NCBI GenBank assembly: GCA_963805975.1
Contig: CAWDVR010000001.1
Coordinates: 640,001 to 704,000, forward strand
Reading direction: 5' to 3'
From: an uncultured Acidobacteriota bacterium
GTDB lineage: Bacteria; Acidobacteriota; Thermoanaerobaculia; Multivoradales; SZUA-115
DNA length: 64,000 bases
Shown: one piece after another, positions 59,636-64,000 of the stretch
Layout of the letters: every line of letters begins with the position of its first letter
Numbering within the stretch: the stretch's first letter is position 1
Notes under the pieces: generated by a model
What the model was told of the DNA's origin: nothing
Database searches by the model: none
What the model saw: the letters and a program-made list of their open reading frames with translations, nothing else
Translations under genes and position numbers: made by a program

Positions 59636-62103
59636 AGAGCGAGCGCTGGCGGCTCGTCAGCCCCCACCTCGACCGGGTGCTCGAGCTGTCCGCGGACGAG
59701 CGGCTGCGCTACCTCACCGACCTGCTGAGCGAGGACTCCGCGCTCGCCGCGGACCTCGAGCTGCTGCTCGGTGAAGAACGGCTGGTGCGCGACGAGAAGT
59801 ACCTGGAGCACGACGCGCAGGAGCTGCTCGGCAAGCCCGCTCTCATCGGGCAGGTCTTCGGCGCCTATGCACTGGTTCGACCGCTCGGCGCCGGGGGCAT
59901 GGGTAGCGTCTGGCTGGCGCGGCGGAGCGACGGCCACTTCGAGGGGACGGCCGCGGTCAAGCTCCTCTCCGCCGCGCTCCTGGGCCCTCTGGGCGCCTCC
60001 CGCTTCCGCCGCGAGGCCACGATCCTCGCGCGCATGAAGCACCCCCACATCGCCCAGCTCATCGACGCCGGCGTCTCCGAGGTCGGCCAGCCGTACCTGG
60101 TTCTCGAGTACGTCGAGGGCGAGCCGATCGACCACTGGTGCGATCGCCTGGCCCTCGATGTCCGGTCCCGTGTGCGGCTCTTTCTCGACGTGCTCGCCGC
60201 CGCGGCGCACGCGCACTCGAACCTCGTCGTCCACGCCGACCTCAAACCGTCGAACGTCATGGTGTCGAAAGAGGGGCGGGTGAAGCTGCTCGACTTCGGC
60301 ATCGCCAAGCTCCTCGAGGGGGAGGCCGGAGGCCGGGCCTTGACTCAGTTGACACTGGAAGGGGGGCGTGCCTTCACGCCGTCTTTCGCCGCGCCCGAGC
60401 AGGTCACGGGCGAGAGCGTGACCACCGCCACCGACGTCTACGGCCTGGGCGCGCTGCTCTATCTCCTCCTCTCTGGCCGCTATCCGGCCGGAGAGCCGGA
60501 CGCCTCGCCCGTCGAGCTGCTCAAGGCGATCGTCGAGACCGAGCCCGACCGCCTGTCCGACGCGGTCCACGACCCGCGCCTGGGGCGCGAGCTCCGGGGC
60601 GATCTCGACACCATCGCCGCCAAGGCCTTGAAGAAGCGCCCCGAAGAGCGCTACGAGTCGGTCGCCGCGCTGGCCGAGGATCTGCGCCGCTATCTTGCCG
60701 AGGAGCCGATCCTCGCCCGGCCCGATTCCCTGGCCTACCGGACCCGGAAGTTCGTGCGCCGCCATGCGCGGAGCCTGGCGGCCGCCGCCGTGGCGGTCTT
60801 TGCCCTGGCCGCGGTCGTAGCGTTCTACGGCGCCCGGCTCGCCGACGAACGGGACCGCGCGACCCGGGTGAGCGGTTTCCTGACCGACCTCTTGAGCCAC
60901 GCGGACCCGTACGTGTCCGGCCGGGGCGAGCCCACGGTGCGGAGCCTGCTCGACGCCGGCGCGGCCCGGGCGCGGAAAGACCTGACCGCGGAGCCCGAGC
61001 TCCAGCGCCAGATGCTCACCCTCCTGGGCCGGATCTACGAGCGGCGCGGAGCCTACGAGCTGGCCCTGCCGCTGCTCGACGAAGCCGTCGCTCTCGGCCG
61101 CCGGACCCTGGGCCCGAGTCGCGAGCTGGCCCAGAGCTTGAACGACCTGGGCGTCGCCCAGCAGCAGCGGGCCGAGCTGGACGCCGCCCGCACCACGCTC
61201 GAAGAGGCGCTCGCGATGCGGCGGAAGGTTCTCGGCGAGGAGCACCCGGACGTCGCCGTGACCTACAGCGAGCTCGGTCGAGTGTTCTTCGACCAGGGTC
61301 GCCTGGACGAAGCCGAGACGCACTTCCGTACGGCGCTCGCGATCCGGCGCAAGACGCTCGGAGAGGCCGACCACGAGACGGCGACCAGCATGAGCGATCT
61401 GGGCCTCCTCCTGCGCCAGAAGGGCGACCGGGCCGGAGCCGAGGAATTGTTTCGGGAGACCTTGACGGTGACTCGGGCCTCGAGCGGCTTGCGGCATCCG
61501 GACACCGCCACGGCGCTCGCCAACCTGGCCATGACCGTCAACGAGGGCGGCAACCATGTGGCCGCCGAGGCGATGTATCGCGAGTCGCTGGCCATCAGCA
61601 ATGCCAGCTTGGGAAGAGAGCATCCCGACAACGCACAACGCCTCGCCAGCCTCGCGGGAGTCCTACGGCTCAGAGGCAAGCTCGCCGAGGCAGCGGCGAG
61701 AAACGAGGAGGCCCTGGCGATCTCCCGGCCGGCCCTGGGCCTGGACCACCCGGCCGTCGCCCGCCAGGAGGTGGGTCTGGCGCGCACCTACCTCGAACAG
61801 GGCCGACCCGCCGACGCGGAGCCGCTGCTCCGTCACGCGCTCGGGGTGCAGCAGGGCAGTTATGCCGCCGACGACTGGCGGCTGGGGGCGACCCAGAGCC
61901 TCCTCGGGGACACCTGCACGAGGCTCTCCCGCTTTGCCGAAGCCGAGCCCTACCTGCTCCGCGCCTCCGACCTGCTTCAGGTGACGCCCGGCTCCGACGG
62001 CCTCGAGACCCGCGAGGCCCAGGCCAATCTCGCTCGCCTCGTCGCGCTCTACGAGGCCTGGGGCCAGCCCGAGAAGGCGGCGCCGTACCGCTCGCCGCGG
62101 TAG
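59632..62103 (+). CDS. Membrane Ser/Thr protein kinase with TPR repeats
   Basis: LGAGGMGSVW, AVK, HADLKPSN, DFGIAK, APEQ, DVYGLG; TM helix then TPR array; GTGA overlap with the ECF gene. Confidence 0.92.
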   Translation: MKSERWRLVSPHLDRVLELSADERLRYLTDLLSEDSALAADLELLLGEERLVRDEKYLEHDAQELLGKPALIGQVFGAYALVRPLGAGGMGSVWLARRSDGHFEGTAAVKLLSAALLGPLGASRFRREATILARMKHPHIAQLIDAGVSEVGQPYLVLEYVEGEPIDHWCDRLALDVRSRVRLFLDVLAAAAHAHSNLVVHADLKPSNVMVSKEGRVKLLDFGIAKLLEGEAGGRALTQLTLEGGRAFTPSFAAPEQVTGESVTTATDVYGLGALLYLLLSGRYPAGEPDASPVELLKAIVETEPDRLSDAVHDPRLGRELRGDLDTIAAKALKKRPEERYESVAALAEDLRRYLAEEPILARPDSLAYRTRKFVRRHARSLAAAAVAVFALAAVVAFYGARLADERDRATRVSGFLTDLLSHADPYVSGRGEPTVRSLLDAGAARARKDLTAEPELQRQMLTLLGRIYERRGAYELALPLLDEAVALGRRTLGPSRELAQSLNDLGVAQQQRAELDAARTTLEEALAMRRKVLGEEHPDVAVTYSELGRVFFDQGRLDEAETHFRTALAIRRKTLGEADHETATSMSDLGLLLRQKGDRAGAEELFRETLTVTRASSGLRHPDTATALANLAMTVNEGGNHVAAEAMYRESLAISNASLGREHPDNAQRLASLAGVLRLRGKLAEAAARNEEALAISRPALGLDHPAVARQEVGLARTYLEQGRPADAEPLLRHALGVQQGSYAADDWRLGATQSLLGDTCTRLSRFAEAEPYLLRASDLLQVTPGSDGLETREAQANLARLVALYEAWGQPEKAAPYRSPR

Positions 62104-62268
62104 AGCGCCGCTCTTCATCGGCTCGATCGTCAGGCCCGCCAGAAAATCTCTCGTCCCCCTGTCGTCTTTTCTCCGCCGATCTCGATTCTCCATGTGTCCG
62201 GTTGCTGTCGACCCATTCCGGGCGCGGCGCCGGCAAAACAACCGACGAGACTCATGAGGAGAAAAGGT

Positions 62269-63000
62269 ATGAAACCGAACAAGAAGCTTTGGCAGAGTGG
62301 AGTGGCAATGATCGGGTTGATGGTAGCGACCGCGGCCGCGGCCGATCCGGCCAGCAAGGTCGTCGAGCCCGGTCAGGAATTCGCCGGCAAGTCGTACAGC
62401 GAGCTGGCCGGCGAGTGGACCAACTGGCTGGTCGCGGAGCCCGTCGCGACGAACCCGGCGTTCGATCCCGATGGCAGGTTCTGCGATTCGAACCAGCACG
62501 GGAAGGTGTGGTTCCTGGCGAGCACCTTCGACGGGGTCGTCGATCGGACCTGCGAAGTGCCTGGCGGCAAGGCCCTCTTCCTGTCCTTGGGGGGCGTGTT
62601 CGTGAGCTTCGCGCCCGACTTTCCCTCGGCGGGCGATTCCTGCCTGCAGATGACGACGGGAGTGGAGAAGGTGCGGTGCGATGTCAACAATGACGTCCCC
62701 GTGGCCCCCGGCATCTCCTTCGAGGTCACTCTCGACGGCAAGCGCATCAAGGATCTCTTCGCGTTCCGGGCCCAGAGCCAGCCCGGGGGCTTCACCCTGC
62801 GGGTCCCGAACCCCTCCTTCCTCACCGATCTCGGGCTCCCCGCGGGAAACCGCTCCCCCGCGGTGGCCGACGGATACTTCCTCTTCCTGAAGCCGCTGAA
62901 GGCCGGCGAGCACACACTCAACCTGCGCATGACCAATCCCGATCAGTCCGTGACGGGTGTCAACTACACCTTGATCATTCAGGACGGAGATGACGACTGA
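62269..63000 (+). CDS. Secreted hypothetical protein
   Basis: Signal peptide; ELAGEWTNW, VWFLA, RTCEVPGGKALF, AVADGYFLFLKPLKAGEHTL. Confidence 0.75.
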   Translation: MKPNKKLWQSGVAMIGLMVATAAAADPASKVVEPGQEFAGKSYSELAGEWTNWLVAEPVATNPAFDPDGRFCDSNQHGKVWFLASTFDGVVDRTCEVPGGKALFLSLGGVFVSFAPDFPSAGDSCLQMTTGVEKVRCDVNNDVPVAPGISFEVTLDGKRIKDLFAFRAQSQPGGFTLRVPNPSFLTDLGLPAGNRSPAVADGYFLFLKPLKAGEHTLNLRMTNPDQSVTGVNYTLIIQDGDDD

Positions 63001-63031
63001 GGCCTACTCCTGTATCACCACCGACCGCATG

Positions 63032-63057
63032 ACCCGCCGCCTCGCTGGCCGGCGGGT
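63032..63057. terminator. Stem-loop between convergent genes
   Basis: acccgccg / cggcgggt arms; weak U-tract. Confidence 0.3.
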
Positions 63058-63088
63058 TCGGCATTTGCAGCCGGCACAGACTCGGTGC

Positions 63089-64000
<912 letters not shown>

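Overview
GC-rich (~70%) bacterial window, most consistent with Acidobacteriota (ADOP-type permease, ECF sigma/Ser-Thr kinase pair, proteins ending in an FADGFE(S/A)G motif); the taxonomy is inference. Left to right: (1) the end of a tightly coupled putative biosynthetic operon (Rieske oxygenase, B12-binding radical SAM, two GNAT-like proteins, GH3 acyl-amido ligase); (2) MFS transporter, Phd/PIN toxin-antitoxin (TA) pair, ADOP permease, cupin and a lower-GC orphan; (3) a near-complete purine catabolism cluster (guanine deaminase, uricase, malate synthase, UraD, UraH, AllC, AllB, AllE, fused xanthine dehydrogenase, NCS1 permease), with ccdAB inserted in it and hicBA after xdh; (4) a tandem array of four secreted paralogs with a near-identical core and a divergent six-cysteine C-terminal tail, next to an atypical secreted S8 protease (the most novel-looking element); (5) secreted hydrolases and regulators; (6) a ~18 kb block of FG-GAP/ASPIC-UnbV propellers, a diheme peroxidase, an UnbU/UnbV-like pair with no enediyne PKS, a putative sigma54-driven metal/redox operon and a TonB receptor; (7) an ECF sigma/kinase module and a truncated amidohydrolase. 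Three single-base frameshifts may be assembly errors. No rRNA, tRNA, CRISPR array or transposase was recognised. All family calls come from motif recognition by eye, not database searches.
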